DNA from: Crocinitomix sp.
Lineage (GTDB): Bacteria > Bacteroidota > Bacteroidia > Flavobacteriales_D > Crocinitomicaceae
Direction: 5' to 3'
Length of the DNA stretch: 64,000 nucleotides
Assembly: GCA_044361315.1 (NCBI GenBank)
Contig: JBIKJA010000012.1
Location: 380-64,379, forward strand
Below are positions 41,690 to 52,012 of this stretch, in pieces (position 1 is the first letter of the stretch; each line of letters opens with the position of its first letter). The notes beneath the pieces were generated by a model. It had not been told where the DNA came from and made no database searches. It saw nothing but the letters and a program-made list of their open reading frames with translations. The position numbers and the translations under genes were made by a program.

Positions 41690-43327
41690 ATGCCGATTAA
41701 AGTTCTTTTTCCCGCGTTAATTCTACTGCTATTTTCAAGTTGTTATCAAGGAGAAACCGCTGATTTAATTATACACAATGCGCAAATTTATAGTTGTGAT
41801 GAAGAGTTTTCAATTTTTGAAGCGATGGCGATTAAAGATGGAAAAATCATTCAACTAGGCCCAGAACGTGAAATTTTGAATGGGTATGATTGTGACAATA
41901 TTGTGGATGCTCAAATGCGACCCATTTACCCGGGATTTCAAGATGGGCATTGTCATTTTTTGGCTTATGCTCAAACCTTGGCAGAAGTGGATTTGACAAG
42001 ATCAAAATCGTTTGATGAAGTCATTGAACGCATTGAAAAATATGCAGAAACCAATGAAAGTGAATGGATTGAAGGAAGAGGTTGGGATCAAACTTTGTGG
42101 GCATCTGATTCTTTTCCAACAAATTCTAAATTAAACGAATTGTTTCCAACTACCCCAATTCTCATTCGCAGGGTAGATGGACATGCTGCACTCGCCAATG
42201 CAAAGGCCTTGGAAATTGCAGGAATTACGCCTGAAACTAAAATTGAAGGTGGATTTATTGGGGTTGAAAATGGGATTTTAACGGGACTTTTGTTAGATAA
42301 TGCTTATTCGAAAGTGGCCAGTTATATCCCTTCTTGGACACCAAAGAAAAAATTGGACTATTTGAAAAAAGCAGAATACACCTTGTTTGAAGCCGGTTTG
42401 ACGTCGATAAATGACGCCGGAATCAATGCTGCAGATCGCGAATTATTTATTGAATGGTATGGGAAAAACGAATTAAAAATTAAGAGTTATGCCATGTTAT
42501 TTCCTGAAAGTGAGAACATGGCTTTTGCCACCAAAAACGGGATTTATAAAAAAGACAATTTGCATATTCGCTCGTTTAAAATTATCGCTGATGGTGCGTT
42601 GGGATCGCGGGGGGCTTGCCTGCTCGAACCCTATTCGGATGAACATGGGCATTATGGTTTAATGTTAGTGGACACTACCAGTCTTTTAGAAATCGCTAGA
42701 TTGGCTAAAGAAATTGGTTATCAAATCAATACGCACTGTATTGGCGATTCAGCAAATCATAGTTTATTAAATATCTATGCCCAAGTCATTCAAGATGTGG
42801 AAGACCATCGTTGGAAAATTGAACATGCTCAAGTTTTATCGCCAGCTGATTTTGAGTTTTTTCAAACGATTCGGATTTTGCCTTCTGTTCAACCAACACA
42901 TTGTACCTCGGACATCCGCTGGGCTGAAAAAAGATTAGGGAGCGAACGAATTAAATATGCCTATGCGTACCAAACTCTCTTGAAAAAAGCTGGTAAAATT
43001 GTTTTAGGAACAGATTTTCCAATCGAAAACATTTCGCCAATTGAAACCTTTTACGCCGCAATCACACGCATGGATAAAAATGGAAGTCCAACTGGTGGAT
43101 TTTATCCCGAAGAAAAACTCAGTCGAAAAGATGCTCTTTTAGGAATGACCAAATGGGTTGCTTTCTCTAATTTTGAGGAGCATGAAAAGGGTTCCTTAGT
43201 TCCCGGAAAAGCAGCCGATTTTGTGATGCTCACCAAGGATATTATGACCATTGAAGAAAAAGAAATCTTAACCACTTTTGTGGTCAAAACCTACCTTAAC
43301 GGACAATTAGTTTTTGATGGGGAGTAA
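41690..43327 (+). CDS. Amidohydrolase family 3 (YtcJ-like) lipoprotein
   Basis: FSSC lipobox; PGFQDGHCH, RVDGH, DGALGSRGA, HCIGD, RWKIEHAQ, GTDFP. Confidence 0.9.
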   Translation: MPIKVLFPALILLLFSSCYQGETADLIIHNAQIYSCDEEFSIFEAMAIKDGKIIQLGPEREILNGYDCDNIVDAQMRPIYPGFQDGHCHFLAYAQTLAEVDLTRSKSFDEVIERIEKYAETNESEWIEGRGWDQTLWASDSFPTNSKLNELFPTTPILIRRVDGHAALANAKALEIAGITPETKIEGGFIGVENGILTGLLLDNAYSKVASYIPSWTPKKKLDYLKKAEYTLFEAGLTSINDAGINAADRELFIEWYGKNELKIKSYAMLFPESENMAFATKNGIYKKDNLHIRSFKIIADGALGSRGACLLEPYSDEHGHYGLMLVDTTSLLEIARLAKEIGYQINTHCIGDSANHSLLNIYAQVIQDVEDHRWKIEHAQVLSPADFEFFQTIRILPSVQPTHCTSDIRWAEKRLGSERIKYAYAYQTLLKKAGKIVLGTDFPIENISPIETFYAAITRMDKNGSPTGGFYPEEKLSRKDALLGMTKWVAFSNFEEHEKGSLVPGKAADFVMLTKDIMTIEEKEILTTFVVKTYLNGQLVFDGE

Positions 43328-43329
43328 TT

Positions 43330-44481
43330 TTATTGTTTAATAAATTTTTCCTTTTGAATGCCTTGGTTTGAAATTGAGGTGAAGATATAGCATCCTGTTT
43401 CGAGAGTAGAAATGTCAATTCGTTGATTTACCACCACTCCTGCCTGAACCAAAGTACCGGCCAAATCATAAATTTGATACTCCTGATTTTGAACCAATTG
43501 AACCAATTGAATCGACTCATTTACAGGATTTGGATAAATCAGTTGTTGAGCTGTGGTGGTTTCATCAGAAAGTCCTAATGTTGGTGGATTCGCACAGATA
43601 ATGTCGAAAGTGTAATTGGTGCCAGTTCCAGTTAATTCTTCGACGGTTGCCCAAGTTTCACTTGATTGATACAACCATGTTTCAAGCCAAGGAGTTAACA
43701 CTTCTAAAATTGCGGTGTGTTGTGCTTCTTCTGAAATCGTTTCGACCCCAAAACAAATAAGTTCGCCCAATTCACAAACTGCATTAGAATTCGCAAATTG
43801 GCAATGACTTCCTCCTAAAATAGTCACATATCCCTTGCATGGTGTTAAATTTTCATACATATCCAATTGATTCCCCACGGCTGGGGTCACACAATCTTCG
43901 TCTCCACTAAAAGTCAAGGTTGGCATAGTAATGTCATTAGCAGCGTCAATTGCAGAAGGATCGGTTTCAGCGGCAGCTAGACTAACCATGGTCGAAAGAG
44001 AACTCGTTGCAGCTGCAGCCAAAAATGCGGCACCACCACCCATCGAATGGCCAATAATTCCTGAAGTTGGTTTTACATTATCGTAAAAAATGGATGCCTC
44101 ACTCGCTCCGGCTTCTTGCAATTCGTTGATCACAAAAGCCAAATCCAAAGCAAAATCTTCATGAGACACTGTTACAAAATCCGTTTCAGTAGTTGGTAAA
44201 GCGACAATATAGCCAAGAGGAACCAAATGTTCCCACAAATAGGCATACGAATCATAATTCATTGCAAAACCATGCCCAATAGAAATCACTGGAAATTTTC
44301 CTTCGGACACGGCAACTCCTTCTCCTGCAGCTAAAGCGGGGTAGAAAATACGTGTTTCGATAGCTCGGTCGCGGGATTCATCCGTAAATAAAATCACAGT
44401 TGAGCCTATTTCAAATTGAGCAAAAAGACCTTTTGAACCAGTCAAAACAACACAGATTAAGAATGTTTTAAACAATTGCAT
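43330..44481 (-). CDS. Secreted alpha/beta hydrolase (dienelactone hydrolase/chlorophyllase-like) with T9SS CTD
   Basis: Signal peptide; GHGF, GHSMGGG nucleophile elbow, D.VTP, GGSHC; IYPNP...KEKFIKQ CTD. Confidence 0.85.
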   Translation of the reverse strand: MQLFKTFLICVVLTGSKGLFAQFEIGSTVILFTDESRDRAIETRIFYPALAAGEGVAVSEGKFPVISIGHGFAMNYDSYAYLWEHLVPLGYIVALPTTETDFVTVSHEDFALDLAFVINELQEAGASEASIFYDNVKPTSGIIGHSMGGGAAFLAAAATSSLSTMVSLAAAETDPSAIDAANDITMPTLTFSGDEDCVTPAVGNQLDMYENLTPCKGYVTILGGSHCQFANSNAVCELGELICFGVETISEEAQHTAILEVLTPWLETWLYQSSETWATVEELTGTGTNYTFDIICANPPTLGLSDETTTAQQLIYPNPVNESIQLVQLVQNQEYQIYDLAGTLVQAGVVVNQRIDISTLETGCYIFTSISNQGIQKEKFIKQ

Positions 44482-44504
44482 AGCTATTTTTTTTTCGAAG
44501 ATAA

Positions 44505-44543
44505 TAAAAAAAGGCGATTCACCAATTGGATGAATCGCCTTTT
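44505..44543 (-). terminator. Intrinsic terminator after porP/sprF
   Basis: AAAAGGCGATTCA(44509-21)/TGAATCGCCTTTT(44531-43) 13-bp stem with a T tract on the minus strand. Confidence 0.8.
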
Positions 44544-44628
44544 AAAGCAAAGAAACCAAATTAGGGAACCACCCCTACTTGTCCTTTCATTTTAGATTCA
44601 ACAAATTAAATCCAAAACACTCTTTATT

Positions 44629-45603
44629 TTAAAACGATGGACAAGAAATCGTTCTAAATCTTTTTGGTGTCTCTTGACAGGCAAAATTAAACCCGAGAGA
44701 CAATTCATGCGATCCTCCTGATGCATTTGTTAATGGCGAAATGGTAATATCATAACTATAACCTACTCTAAAAACCCCTGCATCAATTCCAACAGACATA
44801 ATAAACGCATCTCTTGGACGCCACCAAGCACCTGCTGTAAATGCTCCATATTTAATATAGGTACCGACATTTAACTGCATAAACCCGTCTTGATATGTAT
44901 AGATAACGTTGGGAGAGATAGAAGTTACATTTGCGTATTGAGAACCTCCTCCAAATTTAATATTAGCTCCCATATGTCCTGTAAAACGCATTGGCATTCT
45001 TGAATTTCCTAAGATCAAGGTTTCTTGTGGCGTATTTAGATGTTTGGCAGCAAATCCAAAGTAGAAATTTTCAGAATAACCAACTAATCCAGCTGAAACA
45101 TCGAAAAATCCGCGGGTTCCCCATCCGTTTTCTAACAATTGTCCACGTGGCAAATCTCCTGTTTGGTAGATAAATCCTCTTCGTGGATCAATTTGATCTC
45201 CAAAAGTTAATTTAGACCAATCTAAAAACTTTTGATTCCATGTCGCTTGTGCGCCAAATAACAAAGTGAACTTTCTGGTAACTTGTAAATGATAAGAATA
45301 CGCTAAGTTGATCGTTGACCAATTGAGTGTATTCTTGCCAGCCATATCGTTTGTTACCATCAACGCAACACCGCCTTGAAGAACATTGACAAATCGATCG
45401 TACGAAACACTGTTCGTAACAAAAGCTCCTGAGATATTAGCCCATTGATTTCGGTAATTCATGTTTAGTCGAGGACATCCATGAGTGCCCGCCATCGCAG
45501 GGTTTAAATAAATAGGATTCGCATAAAATTGTGTAAATTCAGGATCTTGTGAAAATCCATGGAATGAGCACAAAACGATTAATATTGTGGTTATTTTTTT
45601 CAT
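44629..45603 (-). CDS. PorP/SprF family T9SS membrane protein
   Basis: QDPEFTQFY..P.YLNPAMAG, YRNQW, SYDIT...L...SGGSHELS. Confidence 0.92.
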   Translation of the reverse strand: MKKITTILIVLCSFHGFSQDPEFTQFYANPIYLNPAMAGTHGCPRLNMNYRNQWANISGAFVTNSVSYDRFVNVLQGGVALMVTNDMAGKNTLNWSTINLAYSYHLQVTRKFTLLFGAQATWNQKFLDWSKLTFGDQIDPRRGFIYQTGDLPRGQLLENGWGTRGFFDVSAGLVGYSENFYFGFAAKHLNTPQETLILGNSRMPMRFTGHMGANIKFGGGSQYANVTSISPNVIYTYQDGFMQLNVGTYIKYGAFTAGAWWRPRDAFIMSVGIDAGVFRVGYSYDITISPLTNASGGSHELSLGFNFACQETPKRFRTISCPSF

Positions 45604-45608
45604 TTTTT

Positions 45609-47276
45609 TTATTTAAATCGTGCACTTTTAAATTCGCTATTAAACCTTATCCCAATGTTGTGGGAGTATAATTGTGATGCTGCTATCATTGATGTTGTTC
45701 GGTCTAGTTGATAAAAGCATTTAAATTTTTTAAGTTTCATCCCCATAGCAGCAGTAAAATCCTGATTTGTTGAGTACGACCCTCCTAATGTAAATCGGTT
45801 AATCTTAAAATTTAGACCTGCCCATGCTTCTGCATGTTCACCAAATTTACGTGCTGAAACGAATGGACTAAACACCATCTTTTTATTGGAAGATTCGATA
45901 TCTGTTCCTAAAATCCCATTAAATAGAATTGGCGATTTCATTGGCTCTAGTTTGCCTTCTTCAAGATATCCCGTTGCATAATGGCGATTCAAATTATCTG
46001 CACTTAATCCGAAATAAAAATTCTCAGTGTTCAATACAAATCCTAGTGCGATGTCTTTATACCATAATCTATCATAAAATGTGCTAGGTTCGTCATAATC
46101 GATAGCTATTGGCAAGCCTCTGTCTAATTCATACGTTTTTGCACCTTTTAAATTAAATGTATTCCCAGTTAACATTCCAAGTGTCACCTTTACACCTGTT
46201 TCTAAAACGACTTTATTTGATAATTTAATTTTAGGAGAATAAACAAGATCAATTGAATAATCTGCGACCCCATTTCCGTTGTATATTTTCGAATTTACAA
46301 TCATCCCAATTCCACCTCTAAATTCCGGCACATATCCATCAATACTAATCTGGGTGGTTTGACTACTATAATTTGAACCTAGCCATTGGTTACGGTGCTT
46401 AAATTCGACCCGTGACGCCAACATACCTCCGGCAAATGCTGGATTGAAAGAAAGTAGGTCATTTTCCGGTAAAAGCATTTGAGGATCCCGAAGGTTAATC
46501 AATCCAACTGGATAACCAAACATTTTTTCGACTTTACGATAAATACGTTTTGTTTTATTGGCAAAGGACGAAGGACTCACTTTACTCTTTTTACTCAAAT
46601 CGATTTTACGTTCGGAAAATCCTGGATTCGCTGCATATTCGGATAAATAATTTTTTTGCAGTAATTTATCTTGCTCCTGTTGTTTAGCTTTATTTTTCTT
46701 AACAGTTGATGATGTAAAATTCCGTGAACCATTTTGCTCTTGATCATCCACCTCGTATTGATTGGTGGCAGCTAAATTTTCTACTCGATTCATGCTGACA
46801 GGATTTGAAACATTCATCACCCCGTAGTTTGATCTAATTAATAAATTAGCTTGTGAACCTAATTGTGCAGTTGAGTATGGTTGATTTTGTCCTTTTAGAT
46901 TTTGTCTCGCTGTGCTGCTTTGTTGACTGTTTTCATAGTTTAATTCTCCCGTGTTTTTATAGTTTGAAGAAAAATCACCCGATTTGATAGAATTATCATT
47001 AAAATAAACTCCACCAACCACTGCAATAAAAATTGCAACAATTGCGGCTGCACTCCAACTATACCAGCCAGCAAATCTTCGTTTACGTTCGAGTTTGTGT
47101 TGATTTGTATAAATTACATTTTCATCTTCGATAGTAGCATGTTGCCATGCCTCGGCATCCATTTCAAATTCTGGATGATCTTCAAGAAATTGTTCAAATG
47201 TTTCGGCTTCGGAGGCGGTGAGATTTCCTTCCAAATAATCGAACATCCACCTGTCAAAATTTTCAGGTATATTCAT
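45609..47276 (-). CDS. Anti-sigma-like N-domain + TM helix + low-complexity linker + PorP/SprF-like beta-barrel
   Basis: FDYLEGNL...F..FL..HP..., basic patch then TM WSAAAIVAIFIAVVGGVYF; ~165 aa S/N/Q/K-rich linker; then FNPAFAG...HRNQW...GGIG, paralleling the neighbouring PorP. Confidence 0.75.
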   Translation of the reverse strand: MNIPENFDRWMFDYLEGNLTASEAETFEQFLEDHPEFEMDAEAWQHATIEDENVIYTNQHKLERKRRFAGWYSWSAAAIVAIFIAVVGGVYFNDNSIKSGDFSSNYKNTGELNYENSQQSSTARQNLKGQNQPYSTAQLGSQANLLIRSNYGVMNVSNPVSMNRVENLAATNQYEVDDQEQNGSRNFTSSTVKKNKAKQQEQDKLLQKNYLSEYAANPGFSERKIDLSKKSKVSPSSFANKTKRIYRKVEKMFGYPVGLINLRDPQMLLPENDLLSFNPAFAGGMLASRVEFKHRNQWLGSNYSSQTTQISIDGYVPEFRGGIGMIVNSKIYNGNGVADYSIDLVYSPKIKLSNKVVLETGVKVTLGMLTGNTFNLKGAKTYELDRGLPIAIDYDEPSTFYDRLWYKDIALGFVLNTENFYFGLSADNLNRHYATGYLEEGKLEPMKSPILFNGILGTDIESSNKKMVFSPFVSARKFGEHAEAWAGLNFKINRFTLGGSYSTNQDFTAAMGMKLKKFKCFYQLDRTTSMIAASQLYSHNIGIRFNSEFKSARFK

Positions 47277-47761
47277 ATAAGTACCGTTAGATCGTTTAAC
47301 TGCTTTTTAATTTTATTTCGAGCCCTGAATAAATAGACTTTTACTTGTGCCTCTGACAGCTCGAGCATATCGCCTATTTCTTTGTAATTATATCCTTCAA
47401 GATCACGGAGCAAAACAATTGATTTTTGAACTGGAGGAAGCATAGCGAGACTTTTCTCGATTACTTCTTTCATTTCCATTTCACGCGAATGGCATTCGGC
47501 GGTATCTTTAGAAGTATTATTTTCTGTATAAGACATCCGACTATTTTTCTTAATTAAATTTATCAACGCATTGTGTGCGCACGTAAATAACCAAGCTTTT
47601 GCTTTTTCGACTTCAATTTTTTTTCTGTTTTTCCATAGTTTTTCAAAGACATCTTGCACAATATCATCTGCATCCTCGGCACTTTTTAAGTACTTCAACG
47701 CATAGCCATACAGTCTTCCGGAGAATTCTTTAACGGCGATATTGTATTCTTTTCTTGTCAA
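47273..47761 (-). CDS. ECF RNA polymerase sigma factor
   Basis: DADDIVQDVF, WLFTCAHN, LRDLEGYNYKEIG, VKVYLFRAR; TTG start; stop overlaps the anti-sigma ATG. Confidence 0.92.
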   Translation of the reverse strand: MTRKEYNIAVKEFSGRLYGYALKYLKSAEDADDIVQDVFEKLWKNRKKIEVEKAKAWLFTCAHNALINLIKKNSRMSYTENNTSKDTAECHSREMEMKEVIEKSLAMLPPVQKSIVLLRDLEGYNYKEIGDMLELSEAQVKVYLFRARNKIKKQLNDLTVLI

Positions 47762-47948
47762 TTGAAGGATATTAATTAAAATTTCAGTTCCCTTTTTAAA
47801 CAGTTAAAACAATCTCACTACTCTAAAAGTTACACCTTCTAAAATTCATATACGATTATTTTTTTACAAGTTACAAATAATATTAGGAATCACCGTTGTA
47901 TTGGATAAATTTACTATCTTTCAACACAAGATATAATTCAAAAACACT

Positions 47949-49709
47949 ATGGAGATTAAACGTTTATTTGACCTGCCTTATTATCAATTGGAAAATTTTC
48001 CACAACCAGACGCTTTTGCGGACAAAATTAATGGAGAATGGATAAAAACTTCTACTAAATCCTATGTAGATCAGGCAAATGCTTTGAGTCGTGGTTTATT
48101 AAAGTTAGGAATTCAGGACGGAGATAAAATAGCCATGATTTCCAATAATCGGTCTGAATGGAATATTTGTGACATTGGGATTCAACAAATTGGTGGCATT
48201 TCGGTTCCTGTTTACCCAACGATTAGTGCAGATGTTTATGATTATATATTCAATGATGCCGAAGTGAAAATTTGTTTTGTTTCTGATCAGGAATTATATG
48301 ACAAGGTTTTATCAATTAAAGACAAAGTAAGCAGTTTGACGCATGTTTTTACTTTCAACGACGTTGAAGGAGCTATCTCTTGGAAAACTTTACTCGAAGA
48401 CGCCGACTCGAGTTTAGATTCCGAAATTGAAAAAAGAAAATACGACATTTCGTATGAGGATTTGGTTACGATTATCTACACCTCAGGAACAACGGGCAAT
48501 CCGAAAGGAGTAATGCTGTCGCATAAAAACTTATTAAGCAATGTGATTGCGTGTAAACCAAGACTTCCAGTTAGCCCTGGAGCAAGATCTTTAAGTTTTT
48601 TACCCGTGTGTCACGTGTATGAACGCATGTTATTGTATCTATACCAATATACTGGTGTGGCTGTCTATTTTGCAGAATCTATGGATACCATTGGGGATAA
48701 TTTGAAAGAAGTAAAACCTCATGTTTTTACTGCAGTACCAAGGTTACTTGAAAAAGTCTACGATAAGATAATGGCTAAAGGTGAAGCCCTGACAGGAATT
48801 AAACGGAAGTTGTTTTTCTGGGCAGTTGCTTTAGGTGATGAATACGATGTAAAAGGAAAATCAAGCTGGTACCTATTCAAGTTAAAAATCGCACGGAAAT
48901 TAATTTTTAGTAAATGGAAAGAGGCACTAGGTGGAAATACCTTGGCGGTTGCCTCGGGAAGTGCTGCCCTTCAACCTCGTTTGGCTAGAATCTATTTAGC
49001 TGCTGGAATTCCTGTAATGGAAGGATATGGATTAACAGAAACATCTCCTGTAATTAGCGTAAACTACGAAGAAGGCAACAACGTGCGCATTGGAACTACC
49101 GGAACGGTGATTGATGGAGTGACCGTAAAAATTGCAGAAGATGGAGAAATTTTAGTGAAAGGACCAAATGTGATGATGGGTTATTATAAATTACCTGAAA
49201 AAACAGCCGAAGATATTGATGCGGATGGTTGGTTTCACACAGGTGATATTGGAACGTTTGAAGAAGGAAAGTTTCTTAAAATTACCGATCGTAAAAAGGA
49301 AATGTTCAAAACCTCTGGCGGTAAATATATTGCACCACAGGTGATGGAAAATAAGTTTAAAGAATCGCGCTTTATTGAACAAATAATGGTGATTGGAGAA
49401 AATCAAAAAATGCCTGCGGCCTTTATTGTTCCTGCCTTTGATTTTATTCGCGAATGGGCGAAAAAGAAAAACTATTCAATTGGTACAACGAATGCTGAAA
49501 TTTCGGCCAATGAACTTGTTCGTGCACGAATTGAAAAAGATGTAAATACCCTCAACCAAAGTTTTGGTCAATGGGAGCAAATTAAACGATTTGAATTGGT
49601 TGATCATATTTGGACACCAGAAGCAGGTGAACTTACTCCAACGTTAAAACCAAAAAGAAGAGTTCTTATGGAAATTCATCAAGATTTATTTAAACGAATT
49701 TACGGTTAG
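47949..49709 (+). CDS. Long-chain fatty acid--CoA ligase (AMP-binding)
   Basis: YTSGTTGNPKGV, EGYGLTETSP, FHTGDIG, DRKK. Confidence 0.92.
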   Translation: MEIKRLFDLPYYQLENFPQPDAFADKINGEWIKTSTKSYVDQANALSRGLLKLGIQDGDKIAMISNNRSEWNICDIGIQQIGGISVPVYPTISADVYDYIFNDAEVKICFVSDQELYDKVLSIKDKVSSLTHVFTFNDVEGAISWKTLLEDADSSLDSEIEKRKYDISYEDLVTIIYTSGTTGNPKGVMLSHKNLLSNVIACKPRLPVSPGARSLSFLPVCHVYERMLLYLYQYTGVAVYFAESMDTIGDNLKEVKPHVFTAVPRLLEKVYDKIMAKGEALTGIKRKLFFWAVALGDEYDVKGKSSWYLFKLKIARKLIFSKWKEALGGNTLAVASGSAALQPRLARIYLAAGIPVMEGYGLTETSPVISVNYEEGNNVRIGTTGTVIDGVTVKIAEDGEILVKGPNVMMGYYKLPEKTAEDIDADGWFHTGDIGTFEEGKFLKITDRKKEMFKTSGGKYIAPQVMENKFKESRFIEQIMVIGENQKMPAAFIVPAFDFIREWAKKKNYSIGTTNAEISANELVRARIEKDVNTLNQSFGQWEQIKRFELVDHIWTPEAGELTPTLKPKRRVLMEIHQDLFKRIYG

Positions 49710-49730
49710 ACGAATCGTAGTCAGCTATTT

Positions 49731-49762
49731 AAAAAAAGCTATCCTAAGGGATGGCTTTTTTT
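49731..49762. terminator. Bidirectional terminator between the acyl-CoA ligase gene and nadC
   Basis: AAAAAAAGCTATCC/GGATGGCTTTTTTT inverted repeat. Confidence 0.8.
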
Positions 49763-50625
49763 TATGAATAAAACTCTGCTTTTAGACTAAGATCTAAGCT
49801 TTTATAGGAATGAGTAATTGCTCCAGATGAAATAAAATCAACCCCAGTTTCGGCATACGCCACGATGGTCTCTTCCGAAATGCCTCCTGATGCCTCCGTT
49901 TCATAGACCGATTGATCGATTAAGGCCAAAGCTTCAACAATTTGTGAAGGAGAAAAATTATCCAGCATAATTCGATCTACATTTCCACACGCAATTACTT
50001 GCTTCACTTCGTCAATATTGCGGGTTTCAATTTCAATTTTAAGCTGTTTGCCTTTTTCTTTGAGGTATGAATTTGCCCGTTCAATCGCTTGTGGAATTCC
50101 ACCTGCGTAATCAACATGATTGTCTTTTATCATAATCATATCATACAGCGCAAACCGATGATTTGAACCACCTCCAATTTTAACCGCCCATTTTTCCATT
50201 AATCGGATGCCGGGTGTTGTTTTTCGGGTATCCAATAATTGCGCATGCGTATGTTTAATTAGTTTGGCCAATTCATGTGTCTTCGTGGCAATTCCACTCA
50301 TCCGTTGCATAAAATTTAAGACTAATCTTTCAGCACTTAAAATCGAACGAGAAGAACCCTCAACATGCAATACAATTTGCCCCTTTTTAACAGCCTCCCC
50401 ATCCCGAATTAAAATTTCTAATGTTAAACTCGGATCTAATCGATGAAAAATAATTTCTGCCAATTCGACTCCTGCTAAAATTCCATCTTCTTTAACAATT
50501 AATTGAGCTTTCCCTTTTGCATTTTCAGGAACCGTAGCTAAAGAAGTATGATCTCCATCTCCAATATCTTCGTTCAAAGCGTTGTCAACAATCTTAAGTA
50601 TTTCTTCTTTTTTAAGAAAATCCAT
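49762..50625 (-). CDS. nadC: Nicotinate-nucleotide diphosphorylase (carboxylating)
   Basis: EDIGDGDHTS, AERLVLN..QRMSG, LDTRKTTPG, HRF.L.D, IKDNH, MLDN, EASGG; ATG at 50625 preferred. Confidence 0.95.
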   Translation of the reverse strand: MDFLKKEEILKIVDNALNEDIGDGDHTSLATVPENAKGKAQLIVKEDGILAGVELAEIIFHRLDPSLTLEILIRDGEAVKKGQIVLHVEGSSRSILSAERLVLNFMQRMSGIATKTHELAKLIKHTHAQLLDTRKTTPGIRLMEKWAVKIGGGSNHRFALYDMIMIKDNHVDYAGGIPQAIERANSYLKEKGKQLKIEIETRNIDEVKQVIACGNVDRIMLDNFSPSQIVEALALIDQSVYETEASGGISEETIVAYAETGVDFISSGAITHSYKSLDLSLKAEFYS

Positions 50626-50633
50626 TGTACAAT

Positions 50634-51803
50634 TTATTTTAAGCCTACAAAGGTCTTTACATCGTCGCCTGTGATTTCGCTGCCACAAAGAATGATTAAA
50701 CGTTCTACGATATTTCGCAATTCACGAATATTACCTGTCCAATTTACTTCTTGCAATGCAATTAATCCTTCCGCGTTAAATGTTTTTTGCGCCATTCCAT
50801 GTTCTTGACACAATTTTTCAATAAAATAATTTGCCAAAATAGGAATATCATCTTTTCGATTATTTAGCGAAGGAACATTAATCACAATTACGCTTAATCG
50901 GTGATACAAATCCTCACGAAAAGTACCTTCTTCGATCATTTTTCGTAAATCCTTGTTGGTCGCTGCCACCACTCGTGGGTTGACTTTAATGTCTACTTCT
51001 CCCCCGACCCGTGTAATTCTATTTTCTTGTAAGGCTCTTAGCACTTTGGCTTGCGCAGAAGCGCTCATATCTCCAATTTCATCCAAAAATAAGGTGCCTG
51101 TGGTTGCCAATTCAAATTTACCTTTCTTTTGCTTTATTGCTGATGTAAATGCGCCTTTTTCGTGTCCAAAAAGTTCAGATTCAATCAATTCAGAGGGAAT
51201 AGCTGCACAGTTCACCTCAATAAAAGGCTCCTTATTTCTTGCGCTATGCTCGTGTAATTGACGGGCAACTAATTCTTTCCCTGAACCATTTGGCCCAGTG
51301 ATTAACACCCGTGCTTCGGATGGCGCAACTTTTTCAATCATATCGCGGATTTTAGCCAAAGGCTCAGAGTTTCCAATGATATTATAATTTTTTGAATGCT
51401 TTTTTATTTGATTTTTTAAGACTTTCGTTTCTTCAACTAAGTTGGTTTTTTCAAGGGCATTTTTAATGGTAACTAAAATACGGTTCAAATCAAGTGGTTT
51501 TTCAATAAAATCATACGCACCATTTTTAATTGAATCAACGGCAGTTTCAATATTACCATGTCCAGAGATCATAATAATAGGAGTTTCAAGACCATCATTT
51601 TTGAGTGTGGTCAATACTTCAATTCCGTCCATTTGCGGCATTTTGATGTCGCAAAAAATTACATCATAGGTATTTGTCTTGGCTTCAAGAATTCCAGACA
51701 TTCCATCTTCGACTGTTTCTACCGTGTAATTTTCAAATTCAAGAATTTCTTTTAATGTCCTTCTGATGCTTCTTTCGTCATCAATAATTAAAATTTTTGG
51801 CAT
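50634..51803 (-). CDS. Sigma54-dependent response regulator (NtrC/NtrX-like, no C-terminal HTH visible)
   Basis: Receiver (CDIKMP), ITGPNGSGKE, ESELFGHEKGAFT, LFLDEI, WTGNIREL. Confidence 0.9.
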   Translation of the reverse strand: MPKILIIDDERSIRRTLKEILEFENYTVETVEDGMSGILEAKTNTYDVIFCDIKMPQMDGIEVLTTLKNDGLETPIIMISGHGNIETAVDSIKNGAYDFIEKPLDLNRILVTIKNALEKTNLVEETKVLKNQIKKHSKNYNIIGNSEPLAKIRDMIEKVAPSEARVLITGPNGSGKELVARQLHEHSARNKEPFIEVNCAAIPSELIESELFGHEKGAFTSAIKQKKGKFELATTGTLFLDEIGDMSASAQAKVLRALQENRITRVGGEVDIKVNPRVVAATNKDLRKMIEEGTFREDLYHRLSVIVINVPSLNNRKDDIPILANYFIEKLCQEHGMAQKTFNAEGLIALQEVNWTGNIRELRNIVERLIILCGSEITGDDVKTFVGLK

Positions 51804-52012
51804 AGTATTCCTATTTTATAATCAACCGCAATCATGGGTAAAGATATTAATTTTTAATTGATTCATCCCTTCCAAATGAAAGGATGAATGTTTAATAAAT
51901 AAATATTATTTGTGCGAGTAATCGGTACTGCAATTATTGTACTATTTTCGCTCTTAGTTGCCTTTCAAAAAAGGGAGAAAAGATATATTGTAAAACTATA
52001 TAATAAAGTATA

